DNA of 64,000 bases, taken from NCBI RefSeq assembly GCF_009914755.1, contig NC_060934.1. One strand, 5' to 3'. The notes under the pieces are model-generated. The model worked only from the letters and a program-made list of their open reading frames with translations. It was not told the DNA's origin and did no database searches. Below are positions 30,621 to 50,130 of the stretch, in pieces. The translations under genes and the position numbers were made by a program. Origin of the DNA: the human T2T-CHM13v2.0 reference genome, Homo sapiens. Every line of letters starts with the position of its first letter. The stretch's first letter is position 1.

Positions 30621-32184
30621 AAAAAGTATGGCACACTGTTCAGTAAAAATTTGCAGGGTAAAATAAGCGAATAAAATCCCACTTTGTTGTTGTTGTTGTT
30701 TTCTATTATCCAAGAGAACTTTGAAATAGCTCCAGAAAACATATTTCTTATTCCAAACACATTCATCTTCATTTCGAAAGTAAAAAAACTAAAATACTAA
30801 CTCAGAGAAAAATCAAATGTTTAATTTTGGAAAGTATAAAAATTTACCAAGATTATTAACAAGTAGTTACATACTTGATTTAAAATGCATGTTGTCCTTT
30901 AAGCTGCACAGACCAAAGAAGTCTTTTCCAAGCTTCTTGGTGCAGAACTATGCTGACTCAACTGAGTACTCACCCAGGCTTGGGGTCAATTCAAACCTTC
31001 CTTTAATTAAAAAAAAAAAATTTCTCCCTCCCTGAAGCAAGCTTCCTTCCATGCTGCTACTGTTATGTGAAGATGGAGCAGCCTCTTTCCAAAAATCCCA
31101 TAAATCAGCAGCTCTTAGATTTCATGGCATCATGTTGATATTGCTTCTTGACTCTCTAAGGTTTAGCATTTTTTGATCACCTTTTCTTCTAAGAAAGAAT
31201 CTCAGCTTTTTGGTAGTAAGTTGAGAGTTAAACTTCCGATTGACAGCTACTTAACTCATGTCCAAAAATGTTGAGATAAATGGTAGTTGAGACAGTCCAA
31301 GGAACAAGTTGAACTTTGTCATTAGATACTTGTGTCAAGCAGAGCATGAGAATGTAAACTCCTTGGTTTAAAATGATTTGGTCCTCATAGAAGCCCTTTC
31401 CCTGAACAAAGATTCAGGACCATGCTCTCAGCTCTTACCAAAGGCTGGTATAAGAAAAACCTTCGTGAAGTGCAGTTATTTATTATTTTTAAGTAAAGTT
31501 TATTTTTTCCGTATATGAGTAATTCATACTCATTATAGACAAATTGGAAAAATACAGAAAAGCAAAAGGAAGAAAAATTTTAAGATAGTCCCATTCCCCA
31601 AAACAATATGGTTTATTTCCACTCTCTCTTTGTTCTATGAAATTATTTTTAAAATCTTCCGGTAAGATAATAAACATAATTTACAAAGCATATGTTTTCT
31701 GGGAAAATAGTTCTGAGGACAAGGTTTATGTTATGTCCCTAATAAGAGTCTACAGGATTTCTTGATAGAATATAAAATTGTCTCTTATAGCAAGTCAATA
31801 TGGTTTCTTTTATCACACAAACTGCATAGAGCATTATCTTATTTCTCTATTATACTGGGTAACAAGAAATTCAGACAATTTTGTGCTCATTTTTAGTAAT
31901 GTTCTCCCCTAATCTTCCTCTTCCCCCTCTCTTTCCATGTGAGTTCTGTTTTCTCTTTTATCTTTATTTTATCTACCATGCATATAAAATATAAATGAGC
32001 CCCTTTTTGTAAAAATCACTTACCAACTCCCTTTTGAGGAAAGTAAGACGCAAATAAATAGATTGGCAGTCTGGGAGAAGCACAGTAACTCTTTTACTTC
32101 TATTCTGGTGAAAATGCAAAGAATAAAACCTAATATTCACCAGAGGAGAAGGGACACACAGGGTGAGACAGAAAAACATACAGG

Positions 32185-32633
<449 letters not shown>

Positions 32634-33626
32634 CTAATGTTTATTGGGATAATTTTGCTTACTAACCATGCTATATCCTGTTATCACTCACCTCAAACCC
32701 TACTGTCATCTAAAAGGGGAATCCCTTTCCTTGTAGGTGAAAAGGGATTCTCCTTTTATATGGCAGTAGGGTTTGAATGCATTCTTGGTTATTCTGAATG
32801 CACTCAAAATATCAAACTGTAGCCGTTTTGTTGCTCGTGAGTATCTCATGCTACTGTTGCCCTGAAAAGTCCATGCAGTATGGAGATGCTGAAGGGAACT
32901 CAGGCCACTTCGACAGGTCAGTTATATGGTAAGGTGGGAATGGGCAGAGAACGGGGATGACGTGGAAAATAATATAAATTTTAAAGACTCTAAGGGTAAA
33001 ACTATTAAAAAGAGAAAATTCACAAGTTTGGAAAATAAAAAGGGAAATGAGTTTAATGCAAGTCATGGAATCTACTGGACTATCCTCTGCGAGAAGATTT
33101 AGGACGTTAGCTCATGGTTGTTGAGCTGGGACTGGCTCTGCAGAGAAGAGAGGAAGAAGCTTGGGATACTGTTGGAAGATTAGGGAGATCCTGGGAAGGC
33201 CGAGTGTGTTTTGATAAATGCAGTTTCAGCCTCACACATTGAAAGATCTGAGAAAATACAATAAATTGATAATATAATAGTAAAGATAATAGTCATAAAA
33301 ATGACAGTGTTTTGCAATTAATGTGCTGCCTTTGTATTTGCTAACATTATTAAACCTTCAAAATCCTGATTGAGTAGGTGGAGCATATTATTATTATCCC
33401 CATTTTCAATATCAGGAAGTGAAGCTCATCGTTGGCCAAATGGCTTACCTGAAGTCACACAGTAAGTGACAGTATACCTCTCAGAAAATGTCCCAACAGG
33501 GAGGGAAAAAGCATGGCACACTGTTTAGTAAATATATGTAGGATGAAATGAATGAATAAAATCCTACTTTGTTGTTGTTGTTTTTTCTATTTCCATTATC
33601 CAAGAGAACTTTGAAATAGCTCCAAA

Positions 33627-33920
33627 GGCCGGGCACAGTGGCTCATGCCTGCAATCCCAGCACTTTGGAAGGCCGAGGTAGGCACATGACCTGAGGTCAG
33701 GCATTTGAGACCAGCCTGGCCAACACGGGGAAACCCCGTCTCTACTAAAAATACAAAACTTAGCTGGGTGAGATGATGTACGCCTGTAATCCCAGCTACT
33801 CAGGAGGCTGAGGCAGGAGAATTGCTTGAACCTGGGAGGTGGAGGTTGCAGTGAGCTGACATCGCACCACTGCTCCAGCTTGGGCAAAAAGAGCGAAACT
33901 CCGTCTCGGAAAAAAAAAAA
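33627..33920 (+). mobile_element. AluS (Sq/Sp-like)
   Basis: Full dimer; TSD aaatagctccaaa / aaatagcttcaga. Confidence 0.95.
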
Positions 33921-34241
33921 AAATAGCTTCAGAAAATATATTTCTTATTCTGAGCAAATGCATCTTTATTTCTAAAGAAAACCAACTAAAACACTAACTC
34001 AGAAACAAGATCAAATGTTTAATTTTGGAAAGTATAAAAATTCAAAAAAAGAAAACTAATATTACTGATACCCCAGAGATAAGCACAAGTAACAGTTTGG
34101 TGTTATCCCTACAGTTGATTTTCTATGTGTTTTTCTGCATGTATTTTTTGAAGTTACATATATCATGCATAAATTTGTTTTTCAGAATTTACAAATATAT
34201 TATAAACATTTTACCATCAATAAATGCTACAGCATGATTTT

Positions 34242-34608
34242 GTCTCTATTATGGTAAAAAACATGCAACATGAGTTCTACCCTCAACAAATATTCAAGTA
34301 TACAACATAGTATTGTTAACCATGTGTGCACTGTTCTACAGCAAATCTCTAGAACTTTTTCATCATTCATGATCAAAATTCTATACCCATTAAACAGCAA
34401 CTCCCCATTCGGCCTATCCCCCAGTCCCTGGCAACCACCATGCTATTTTCTGCTTCTAAGAGTTTGGTTACTTTAACTACTTCATATAAGTAGAATCATG
34501 TAGTATTTGTCCTCTGACTGGCTTATTTCACTTAATATAATGTCCTCAAGTTTCATCTATGTTGTAGCTACATGACAGAATTTCCTTTTTTCTTAAGGCT
34601 GAATAACA

Positions 34609-34657
<49 letters not shown>

Positions 34658-35310
34658 GTATTTCCATTATTTTGAATAAATACCCAGAAGTGGGGTTGCT
34701 GGATCATATGGGAGTTCTATTTTAAATTTTTTGAGGAGCCTCCATATCTTTTTTTCATAATGGCTGTACCTACCAATTTACATTCCCACCAAGAGTGTAC
34801 CAGCCTTTCAATTTCTCCACTTCCTTGCTAATATTTGTTATTGTCTCTTTTTGTTTTTTGTTTAAATAATGGTTATCCTGACAGGTGTGAGATAATATCC
34901 CACTGTGCTTTTGATTTGCCTTCCCCTGCTGATTAGTGATGCTGAGCACCTTTTCATAGACTGGTGGCCATTTGTATGTCTTTTTTGGAGAAATGTTTGT
35001 CCAAATCCTTTGCCTAGTCTTTAACTGGGTTATTTGGTTTTTTGCTATTAAGTTGTAGCGGTTCCTCACATATTTTGGATATTAGTCTCTTATATATATG
35101 ACTTGCAAATATTCTCTCCAATTCCATAGGATGCCTTTTGCTCTGCTGATTGTTTTCTTTGCTGCACAGAAGCTTTTTGGTTTCATATAGTCCCACTTGT
35201 CTGTTTTTGCTTTTTTAACCTCTGATTTTGGTGTCATAGTCAAGAAATCATTGCCAAGACCAGTCGTGTAAGGCACCTCCCCTACATTTTTTTTCTAGGA
35301 GTTTTATAGT
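34242..35310 (-). mobile_element. 5'-truncated L1MA/MB element with internal (CA)n (34610-34654)
   Basis: Antisense 3'UTR plus ORF2 C-terminus (KAKTDKWDYMKPKSFCAAK in the track); TSD tacagcatgatttt / tatagcatgatttt. Confidence 0.85.
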
Positions 35311-37364
35311 TATAGCATGATTTTTAAAGACTGCCTAATAACTCATTGGTTGGATCTACCAGAATTTATTTAACTAACATTCAGGTACTAAACATATAAG
35401 TTGTTTCTAAGTTTTGGCTAATTTAAACTTTGCTACAATAAACAACTTTGCATCTAAATTTCTTTGCACCTATCCATGCATACTTCCCTAAGATTAAATT
35501 CCTATAAATACAAGCGGTAAGCCAAAAGCATTAAACATTCGAAGTCTTTGGATATTTATGGATACAATGTACCCCTTGGCCAATGTTAGAGTATGAAAAT
35601 ATGTAGAATAAATGGCAATGGGGAGGTAGAATAGACTCCACATTCTGTGCCTTATCATATGTACACCACACTTAGAATCCAGATAATTTCAATGGGGAAG
35701 AACTGAGGGAGATGCAAAGGAAGCTTATTGGGTTTCACAAAAGCCCACTGGTAAATGACAGAGAACGTGAAAGGCCACATGTCTAATCAGAGACTTTTAT
35801 TATAGAATAGTATAAAACAAAAAAGCATGTCAAAAAAATAGATAAGGCAACAATAATCACAAAAAATTCCCAGGTCTAATCCATGCGGGAGGGAGCTCAA
35901 GGCCAGGACAAGCCACTTGTTGGCAACGATCATAAAATACTCGCACGCAACAGAGAAAAAAGCAAAATTCTTCCTATGTCCCCCCTTTTTTTTTTCCTGT
36001 TATGACAAATGACCTACAAATGAAAAAGGGTAAGAATATTGGAAGAAGATGTCATTTCAGAGGAGTTTTACTCTTTAGTTTCAGACAGTCTTTCCCAGGG
36101 TGGTAGGAAAGGTTATGCAGATGGGTATGAATACATGCTGTTGGCCGTCTTTTGAGAAATAACATAGGTATTATTATTATATTGAGAATAGCTTACGGAG
36201 AAGAAGCACTGGACATCTTGATCTGGATATATTCTGAGTAGATATTTTTAAAAAAGGTGGTGGGGGTGAAGGATGGAAACCATCATGACCATAGACTGGT
36301 AACCTTGTCATTTCTCCAGGGAAAATACTCAGGCAGAGAATTAAAAGGAGGATTCTGGAGCATTCTTTAGCAAAATAAGTGATTGCCAAGATCATGAGAA
36401 ATGGATCAGGCTAATGGGGCTACCGCCTCCCTGGCACATGCCCCTGTGTGCACCAGATGCAGCTTCCCCTCTTGAGCTAACACAGCCCTGCAGTCCATGC
36501 CAGAGTGGACAACGTCCATCAGAAACGTCCATCAATGTCCATCAGAAAGAGGCACCTGGAAGGTGTCTTTGGGCAGAAATAATCCTCCAACACAGCTGGA
36601 TTTAAGCTCCCACTGACTGCCTTGGGCAGATGCCCTTGTTTAGAGCTGAGATTCCATCATGCCAAACTAGAACGGTATAGCATTTGTGGTTAAGAGCTTG
36701 GCTGTCTGATGGGCTTGGATTAGCTTCAGACCTACCTGTTACTAGCTTAGTGACCTCTTTGTGACATCTTCTGTCCTGTAAAGTTGATGTCTTAATGATG
36801 TCTTCCTTGCTGTGCTTGTTTGAGAAGAAAAAGCTAGACCAGCAGGATAAAAGCTCCCATAAATAACATTATGTTTCAATGCAAGGAAGAATGTTCTTTA
36901 AAAAGTCACCTGATAAAAACAGAATGGGCTGCCCATGAGATGGTCACAGCCAGGGTACGATGAGGCAGAGTTGGGATGGTTCTTTTCTCGTCTCCTCTAG
37001 ACTGTGTGTCCTGATTCTAAGAACTTCAGAAAACATTACGTGCATTTTAAAAAGCTGTATGAACATGTGGTGCTGCTGTGAGCAGTGGATGGATTGTGCT
37101 GTTTACAGGACAACCCCCACGAGGAAGTAGAATGTTAAAAAAATAAGCAAACAACAGACCAGGAAACCTCTGGTAGACCTGTCCTTTGTCACATTTTGCT
37201 TCAAACACTCAAGTCAAAAGGAATTGTTTAATGGCTACAATGATAAAAGATCCTTTCCAGAGAGAAGAAGTGATTTAAAAATTGATGTCAATGAAATATG
37301 TCAGTTATCTTATATGAAATGACCCTCTGACCATCCAGGATTTTGTGTGTGTGGTTTTGTGTGT

Positions 37365-37398
<34 letters not shown>

Positions 37399-38289
37399 TT
37401 TACCAGGGAATTCATTTAGATTGTTATTTCCCAAATGAGTTGAGATCATGGATTTTTACCAACATACATAATTAAAGGCTCCAATTAATACTATTTCCAC
37501 AGTAATTCCTTTTTTTCTAAGTCGTATAACTTAGACTGCAGATTTAGCAGAGATGTGACATTTCACTAAAAAGTAGAAATCATAGACAAGTGTAGGGATT
37601 TTCATGATGCCTAAAACAAAAGATCAGTTATTAAAAATAAAGGCCTTCCCCCAATAAAAATGTCTATCCGTTTGAAGTTTTAATACGGTCTTAAAACATT
37701 ACAAATAACTAACTTTACTTCGAATAACAAATATTTGAAAAAGAAAATAGGGTTGAAAGCCCAACTCTTAGAAACAACTTCCTAGAGAAATCTTCCAGGC
37801 ATAAATTACTTGTAAAAAGTAGCTGTGTCTGGAAAAGTGGGTAAATAATTTACTATTCCAATACAGAAACTTGCTATTAAAGGAACATGAATGAATCCTT
37901 TTATTTAAAGAAGAAAAACCAAAAAAACATTTAACAAGAGAATTAGCATTTCCCTACTTATCTATATTATAATTTTGCACATCAGTTTTTCTTGAGGTGT
38001 AAAATACTAGCAATAATAAATAAGCTATGTTATAAAAATCTAAAAGTTATTTAACATGATTTATCTTATTTGTTCTGTGTGACAGAGTTTGGGAGAACAG
38101 CTACCTACGGTACCATTGAAGCATATGCACAACTATGAAATCATGAAAGTGTGAACCTAGCCAAGGTCTCAATCTTTACGGGTCCCACTTTTCTTATCTT
38201 CACAAACAAGGAAGTTGGGTTAGATTAAGTGTTTAATGCTAACATCCTTCTCTCTCTCTCTTTTAAAAACTAGAGCATTTATTATATGA

Positions 38290-41821
<3,532 letters not shown>

Positions 41822-41859
41822 TATATGACTAATTATTGAAATCCTTAACAGCCTTCTTC

Positions 41860-42820
41860 TGTAAATAAACTTTGTAACATTTTAGAATAGTTTTAGATTT
41901 CTAGCAAATTTGCAAAGTTAGTACAGAGAATTGACATATACTCCTCATCCCCTTTCCTCTACTGATAACATCTTACATTATTATGGTACGTTATTATAAC
42001 TCAGAATCCAACCTTGGTACATTGCCACTAACGAGACTCCACATTTTACTTGAATTTCAGCAGTTCTTCCCCAGTGTCATTCTTTGGTTCCAGGGTCCCA
42101 TTCAGGATACCACATTCCATGTGTTGTAGTTTCCCTGTCTCCTTCATCCCCTCCGGTCAGTAACAGGTTGTAAGGCTTTCCTTGCTTCTCCTGACCTTAA
42201 CAATGTTGCATAGTACTAGTCAGTTGTTTCGTAGAGTGTCCCTCACTTTGGATTCATCTACATTTTTCACAGTTAGAACGGGGTTGGGGTTTGGGTTTGG
42301 GGGAGGAGTCCCACCGAGGTACTGTGGCATCTCCATGGCCTCCTATCAAGGGTACATGCTATTAAAATGACTTACCGCCAATCATGTTGACCTTGGTCAC
42401 CTGGCCAAGGTGGTGTCTGGTTTCTCCACTAAAAAGTGCCCAGGTTTCTCCACTATAAAGTTACCTTTTCCCCCTTTCCATTCTTTACTCTTTGAAAACA
42501 AGTTCTCCAAAGTAAATCCCACTCTCAAGTAGAAAAGAAGAGATTCAATGTCTCCTCCTTTTTAGAATTCTTCTGGAAAGAGGGTTTGTCTCTGATCCTC
42601 TTTATTTATTTATTCAATTATATGTTTGACTCAGTATGAACCTTCATGTGTTATACTTTGAGTTTTAATCCAACGTTACTTTATTTATTTTGTTACTCAA
42701 ATTGTTTCTGCTTTGGCCATTGCGAGCTTTTGAGTGTTGGCTCTCATGTCCCTTTGAAACGCCCTAATCATTTTGTTCTTGAGCACTTTTAACTTTCAGG
42801 CCCTACAAGATTTTTTTTAA
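41860..42820 (-). mobile_element. L1MC-type 3' fragment
   Basis: ttttagaatagttttagattt...gttccagggtcccattcaggataccacatt...ctgctttggccattgcgagc. Confidence 0.7.
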
Positions 42821-43026
42821 GTCATTTGCCCACAATTACTTAGTGAGCCTATAAATGTTGCTGTTTTATAGGATACGCCCAAAATAATGACCATTTTCGT
42901 GCCTGCTCCTAGTCTCATCTAGATCCCACTGGAATATAAACAATTTGAAGAAGAGATTTCTTTTTTCATCTTTAGGTCCTTATGCAAATGTGAACATATT
43001 ATACATCAAAGACCATTTAGTCCCAG

Positions 43027-43513
43027 TGATGCAGGTGGGCAGGTGAGCCCCACAACAGAGGCTTCGCCCAGGAAATAATTTAACGGTGAGCCAGTGGCAT
43101 TAGACAGCCATCTTTTACAGAACAGGAGCTGCATCCAGAGCTGCACTTGTGGGCTGTTGGCAACTGTATTTTATATCCACTTGTATCCACTATTACATAC
43201 ATGCAAATTAAGGGGTTAGTTAATGCAAATTGAGAGGTGGGTTAATCAGAACTTTCTAGGAAAAGGGTAGTAATTTCTGGGTCATTGTCATGGAAAGGGT
43301 GGTAAATTCTAGGGGGTTGCCATAGCATTTGGAAACTGTCATGGCACTGGTGGGAGTGTCTTTATGCTAATGAACAATGAGGACAGCTAGGAACCACTTT
43401 CAGTGCCATCTGCTGTGTTTGACCTGTTTGTTCACTTCTTTCTGTCTGGATCAGATCTGGTTTTGGTCAGCAGGGTTGTGATCAGGAACAAATCCTGCTG
43501 GTCTCCTACCTCA
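43027..43513 (-). mobile_element. Solo ERV1 LTR (MER66/MER41-like)
   Basis: Minus strand starts TGAGGTAGGAGACCAGCAGG and ends ...GCATCA; repeated ggaaagggtggtaa...ttgccat blocks. Confidence 0.7.
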
Positions 43514-43984
43514 TTGGCGATTGAGAGAGAGAGGTTGCTGAGACCCTGCCCTAGGGTTTTTTGCCTTTTTAATAGGCCAGCCTGGAGCTGTTCTGCTTCA
43601 CCCTAGACTTTCTCCCTGTGTTTGTTCAGTAGAACTGCAGTGTGCTATTGGTCACAGATTTCAATGAGATAGAAACCAAAAATAGTTCAATCCAATGAAG
43701 ATTGCCCAGTCAACGCCTTGGTAGGGAGGTGAAGGGGAAGGAAGGAGGATAGTTGAGATGTAAGCCACACTGGAAATTGAATGGGAGGAGCAGTAGGGTC
43801 AAATGTATATATTACAAGTACTGTATGATAAACTACCCCCATAAACTCATAAACATACCTGAGTTGGTTCCTAGGATGAGTAGATTGGGAACAGCAGGAG
43901 ATGCACCTGAATGGATGAAACGATGTAAAGAGATGACCGCTGGCATGCTTTTCAAACTCTCGCGCTCTGTCTTATAGTTTGTTA

Positions 43985-44098
43985 TACATTTCTAATTAAG
44001 TAGTTCTGGAGTAAGACCTCACAATATTTATTTCTAACATGTCCCCAGGCAATGCTGATGCTCTGGGTCTGGGGACCACACTTTGAGAAGCACCGCTG
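43985..44098. mobile_element. MER5A fragment
   Basis: tttctaacatgtccccaggcaatgctgatgct...ggggaccacactttgagaagcaccgct. Confidence 0.75.
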
Positions 44099-44876
44099 TC
44101 AATCGTTGAATGAGTCAGAGGCACCATAAAGGTGCTAACCCTACTGTCCCAATGTGGGTCACCAGAACAACCCTTATGTGAAAACTCAGCCCCAGAGCTC
44201 CATCATCAACTTGCTTTCTGACAATCAAACTAAAAGTTTGTGAGTATTAGCTAGCACCAAATTGAGGTGGATGTGATTTGGAATCAATTCTACTTGGTGG
44301 GGAAGGGGTGAGGGGGACACTGAAGGGAGTTTTCCAACCTCCCATTTCTACAAGTGGGTCATTTTCACTTACAGTTATTGGACAGAGACATATAATTGAG
44401 AAAATGAAGATATTGTGGACAAAAATGTCAGTGAACCTTGACAAGACCTGGTTGAATAGATATATGCCTGTGTCCTACCAGCAAGTCACCTCTCTAGACC
44501 ACAGTACTCTCCGGGTGACATCAGAAGGTCAGCCTCGGTGGCTGGAGAGGTATTTCTAGCCAGTATATAGTGATTCAATTTGTTCATTTATTCAGTAGAC
44601 GTTTCTGGAGGACCTGTTTTGGGCCAGTGTCTATACTGGGCACTGGAAATAAAGCCAAGAATAAGATCCACATCAAGCTTTTCAGTCTAGTGACAAAAAA
44701 GAATAAAACAAATAATTACAATACATCTGGCTGAGTGTTTTAATGAGGGAAGCACAGAGAAGTGTGACTCTCGTCAGGAAAATGAGATTACAGCCCTAGC
44801 CTCACCTTCCAATAACTGGTCTCCAATATTCCTCCTGCCTCTCTTTCACCTGAAACAAAATGTACGTTACGACAAC

Positions 44877-45188
<312 letters not shown>

Positions 45189-46654
45189 ACATGACAACAA
45201 TTTTCTAATGGCCCCATCTACCCATTTCAGTCATTGCAAGGATGCGACAAGATCACCAAAAACACGTTAGATATGTAGAAAGAATTATAATACACTTTTC
45301 TCTTTCCCCAAAACATAAGAAGCAGAATGAATTATTTCCTATTCTAACAGAACCAGCTCTTCCACTGCCATTTTTCTACCTAAAATGTTCTTGTTTCTTC
45401 TGAAAGAATCCACCCTAATTAGAAAAGCAAGCAACAACAACCTAAAACAATCTATTAACACTGTAGCCCAGAACCCAGAAATGTCATTTGTATTAAACCG
45501 TATTAAGAATAGTGAATAGTTTCATATACCTAATCAACTGACAATGTTTGAGTCCATGACTTTAATTACCATCCTTTATAAAGACAACAGCTCCAATAAA
45601 AAAAATTATTTTAGTAAGTTACTTAAACCAAGTATGAACTGTTTGCTACAATTTCTCTTTTCATTTAGAGACTATATCATTTATTTTGGTTTTGTCTGTT
45701 TCATGAATGCATTCTTGACACAGTATCTCTACAAGAAGCCTATGTTCTCCTTAGTAAAAGCAGTAGTATTGTTGTAAACCTTAGTTTAACTTTTGTGGTG
45801 AAAGTGGATGGAGTAGGATTGTAGGCACTTATTCCTTTGAAGTAAAATAATCCTGAATTTTTTGTTCTGAAGATTAAATTTAACTGTGCTCATGAAGGTG
45901 CTTTGTAAATAGCAAAGAAAGATATCAATATTAAGCATTATAAATACCCACGTTAAAGTTAGGTGTTCAATGAATAGACATAAATTGCCTATAAAGGAAA
46001 TGTTTTTCTTTTCTAATAGTCCAAATCAATGGCCTATTTGTTTTTTTTTAAAGTGTATCTGTTAATGATATACATAAAAATAAAATAATGACATTGTAAT
46101 TCTTTTTCAACTTTGGGAAATGAAACTCTTGAGTCAAGGAATCTCAGATAAAAGTTGTTATTACTTATGTTTTTAGGTTTTTGTACTTCTTTGGAATTTT
46201 GAAATATCATAGAAATAATAAAAACTTGCACCACGAGTAAAACAAACAGGGGTTTAGAAATAAATCATTAACTCTTCTCCCTCTTCATATTCTATATCCA
46301 GAAGAATGTTAACCTTTCACTCAACGTACTTCCGTGTATTTTTCTATGCTCGTGTAGACATATAGATCACCCTTCCATCTCTTCCTTCCTCCTTCTCTTC
46401 CTTTCTTCTCCCTTCCTTTCCCCTCTCTGCTCTTTTTAAAATTTTTTATACATTTTCAACAAAAATGGGATATACCATATACTACTTGCTATGTAATATT
46501 TTTAACTTAATATAATATGCATCTTTTTCTATAGAAACATACAGCTCTAACTTATTCTCTTTAAATCATTCTTTTTGCTAGGTATGCTCCAGCCTAGAGT
46601 ACAAACATGTTACCATTTATTCAACCTATACTGTATTGGTAAACATTTGGGTTT

Positions 46655-46900
46655 TTTTCCTTCCTTCCTTCCCTCCTTCCTTCCTCCTTTCCTCACTTCC
46701 TTCCTTCCTCCCTCCCTTCCTCCCCTCCTTCCTTCCTTCTTTCGTTCCTTCCTTTCCTTCCTCCCTTCCTTCCTCACTTCCTCCCTCCCTCCCTCCCTTC
46801 CTCCGTTCCTTCCTTCCTTTCCTTCCTTCCTTCCTCCCTCCCTCCTTCTCTTTCTCTTTCTTTTTTTCTTTCCTTCCTTCTTTCTTTCTTCTTTTTTTTG
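46655..46900. repeat. (TTCC)n-type polypyrimidine tract within an old L1M fragment
   Basis: About 245 bp of almost pure C/T. Confidence 0.95.
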
Positions 46901-49419
46901 GAGGGGAGGACTATCACAACAATTTGTTGCAGTAAATTCCCTTGTATACATAACTATATGTGCTAGGCTCTCAAAATAGTGATTTTAATTACTATTTTGA
47001 AAACAGGAGAATGCCTTCACAATTTCGGTAGCAGAGGACAGGGCTTGCACCTTCATATTAGATTATCTCTAGATTAGTGAAAACGGTGTACTATAAGTTA
47101 AGGTACTATAAGTTAGTATGCATATTGCTGGCTATTATTTGAACAGCAGGATATCTACTTTACGGTATAATGAGATCCTTCAAGACAAGCTTTTACTATG
47201 TTATTATCATTATTACTTGCCTCTTGAAATCAAACCTTATCATATTTTACATTAGATATAAATGTGAAGCGGGCAGTGATAAAATCAACTTAGCAATAAC
47301 TATAATTATTAATGGCAACGATTATTCACTATTAGTCATAATCACTCACGCTTTTATCATTCAGATAAATCTACTATCAAGCAGATTTTAGTGTTGTTCA
47401 TAATATGTTGAGATTAAAAATGGGCTCTTTTAACTTCCAGGTAACTAAGTGCCCTGCTTTGCGAATCATCACTGGACTCTGACAGATGGTCAAGTTCATT
47501 CTGGGGGACTACATGCATTTTGTGGATTTTTAAAATTTAGATTGTGAATTAGGGTTTGTAAATCAAATCCTACACTGAAAGCACCAGCTATGGAAAAGCA
47601 GTTGAACCCTGAGTATTTTTGTAAAGAAAGCTTTTAAAGCATGGATGTCCATTTGGAAAATGATGTTCCTTAAGAACTTGGAGTGTTTTAAAATCACATT
47701 TTCTTAAAGGACTCCACACACAGTTGGAAACTTTAAACCTACTTAAACTGGAAGCTACAAATCTGGTTAGAAGAGAGCATGGCAGCTCCCTGCAAGCAGA
47801 TACTTGTCTCTTTCCATTTGCCACACAAGTAGATGCATAACCTTATCACTGGCCTTCCTCTTATTTTCTGGACAAGGGCTTTCTGCTCTATTGATTTCCT
47901 TTTAGATGTATGCTCAGGTCAGGCAAACTATGAACTAGTATGAACTGGATTGTTCTAACTCAGCTCCTGGCAAGATAAAAGAACAGAGGTCACTCCCAGG
48001 CAAACACACTCAGAGTTGAAGGAGGCTGGGATTCCACTTTGGTCCAGACAGCTGCTCTGCACTGAGTCCTATCAGAATTGCAAATGGCTCTGTTGGCTCG
48101 GCTAAGTGTGTTTAATGATGGGGTGAGATCCTGGAGTTCAAACAGTGCACGGATAAAATTTGTATTTTCGTGTGATTATATTATTTGCAACAGGCCCCGC
48201 ATGATGGAATTCAGTAATTGTCAGTGCTGTCTAAAAGGCATTTCTTTTTCCTTTGACCATGACTACTGCATCTATGTAATTTGTCATACTAGCTATCAAG
48301 CACAGTATCAGAGAAGCAGAAAAACCAACCAAAGCATATTCACACTCTTCATACCCACATCTCTATCACCCGTTATTAAATCAATTACTAAGGTTCAGTG
48401 CAGAGTAGGTGTCTCTGGGTGGAACAGCTCTTTTATCATTGGAAACTGTTGTCTGGGGTTTCTTTAACTCTTTCCTGGTTAAACCCTTTAGCTCCTGTAA
48501 GCGTGAATAAGAGTATTCATCAATGAGATAAAGACAAATAGAACAAAATAGGCAAAAGACTGATGTCTGGCATAGAGGAAATGTTTTGTGATTTGTTTTA
48601 AAGTAAATAGAATAAATATGCGAACCTTGGGTAACTGACTCACTGGGAAGATCCACACATAGTGTCAGAAAAAAGGTTCAGAAAATGTTAACCAATATTA
48701 TTACAAGCCAGAAACAGGGGTGAAGGCAGAATAAAGGTCCCATAGGATTGTAACTTCTCAATGTTTAAGAAACCCAGAATAGTAGCAAAATACGATACAC
48801 ATAAATAATAGAAGATAGAGTAGACTCAATCAGAAAAGAGGAACAAAATTCTGTGACGATGGACACCGTCTAAAGAATCTTGTCGTGATTTTCTTGCCTT
48901 GACATAATGAGGATTGCTGGGGACCATCTTGGGGACTTTCTACCACATCATGTTAACAAATGGTCAATTTGCTTTCTTATCACCTTCTTTCAGTGGCTGG
49001 GTCCTAAGACTTGTTATACAATGACATGTTAATTCTGTCCTCTTAAATATGTCCATGTTTTCCACCATGGCCTGTTGTTTAAATTTCAAAGCTCTGTTTA
49101 TGATCCAGCACCTGCCTATCTCTCTGACTTCATCTCTTATCATTTCCCCACTGGATCAAAATGCTCCCAGCAGAGTGGACCACCTGAAGTTCCTGAAAAG
49201 TGGTACAACTGATCACACTTTCCTGGAATGCCCTTCTTCACCTTATAATACTTGTGGAAATCTCCTTATCCTTTAAGGATCAATTCAAAAATCAGCCCCA
49301 TGTGAACAGAATCTATCTCTTTAGATTATGAGCTTCTTAAGGGAGCAAGTGTATGTTTTGCTTTGAGTCCCAGGTGTCTGGCACAATGCCTGTCACTATT
49401 TGTTGACTCACTATGTGTA

Positions 49420-50130
<711 letters not shown>

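Noticed and set aside
36511-36548. Triple gtccatca repeat; also short direct repeats near 47088-47112 and 61714-61793
   Set aside because: Too short to separate from ordinary slippage duplications
46575-46979. Pro/Ser/Phe-rich and Gly/Arg/Lys/Glu-rich ORFs
   Set aside because: Translations of the (TTCC)n tract
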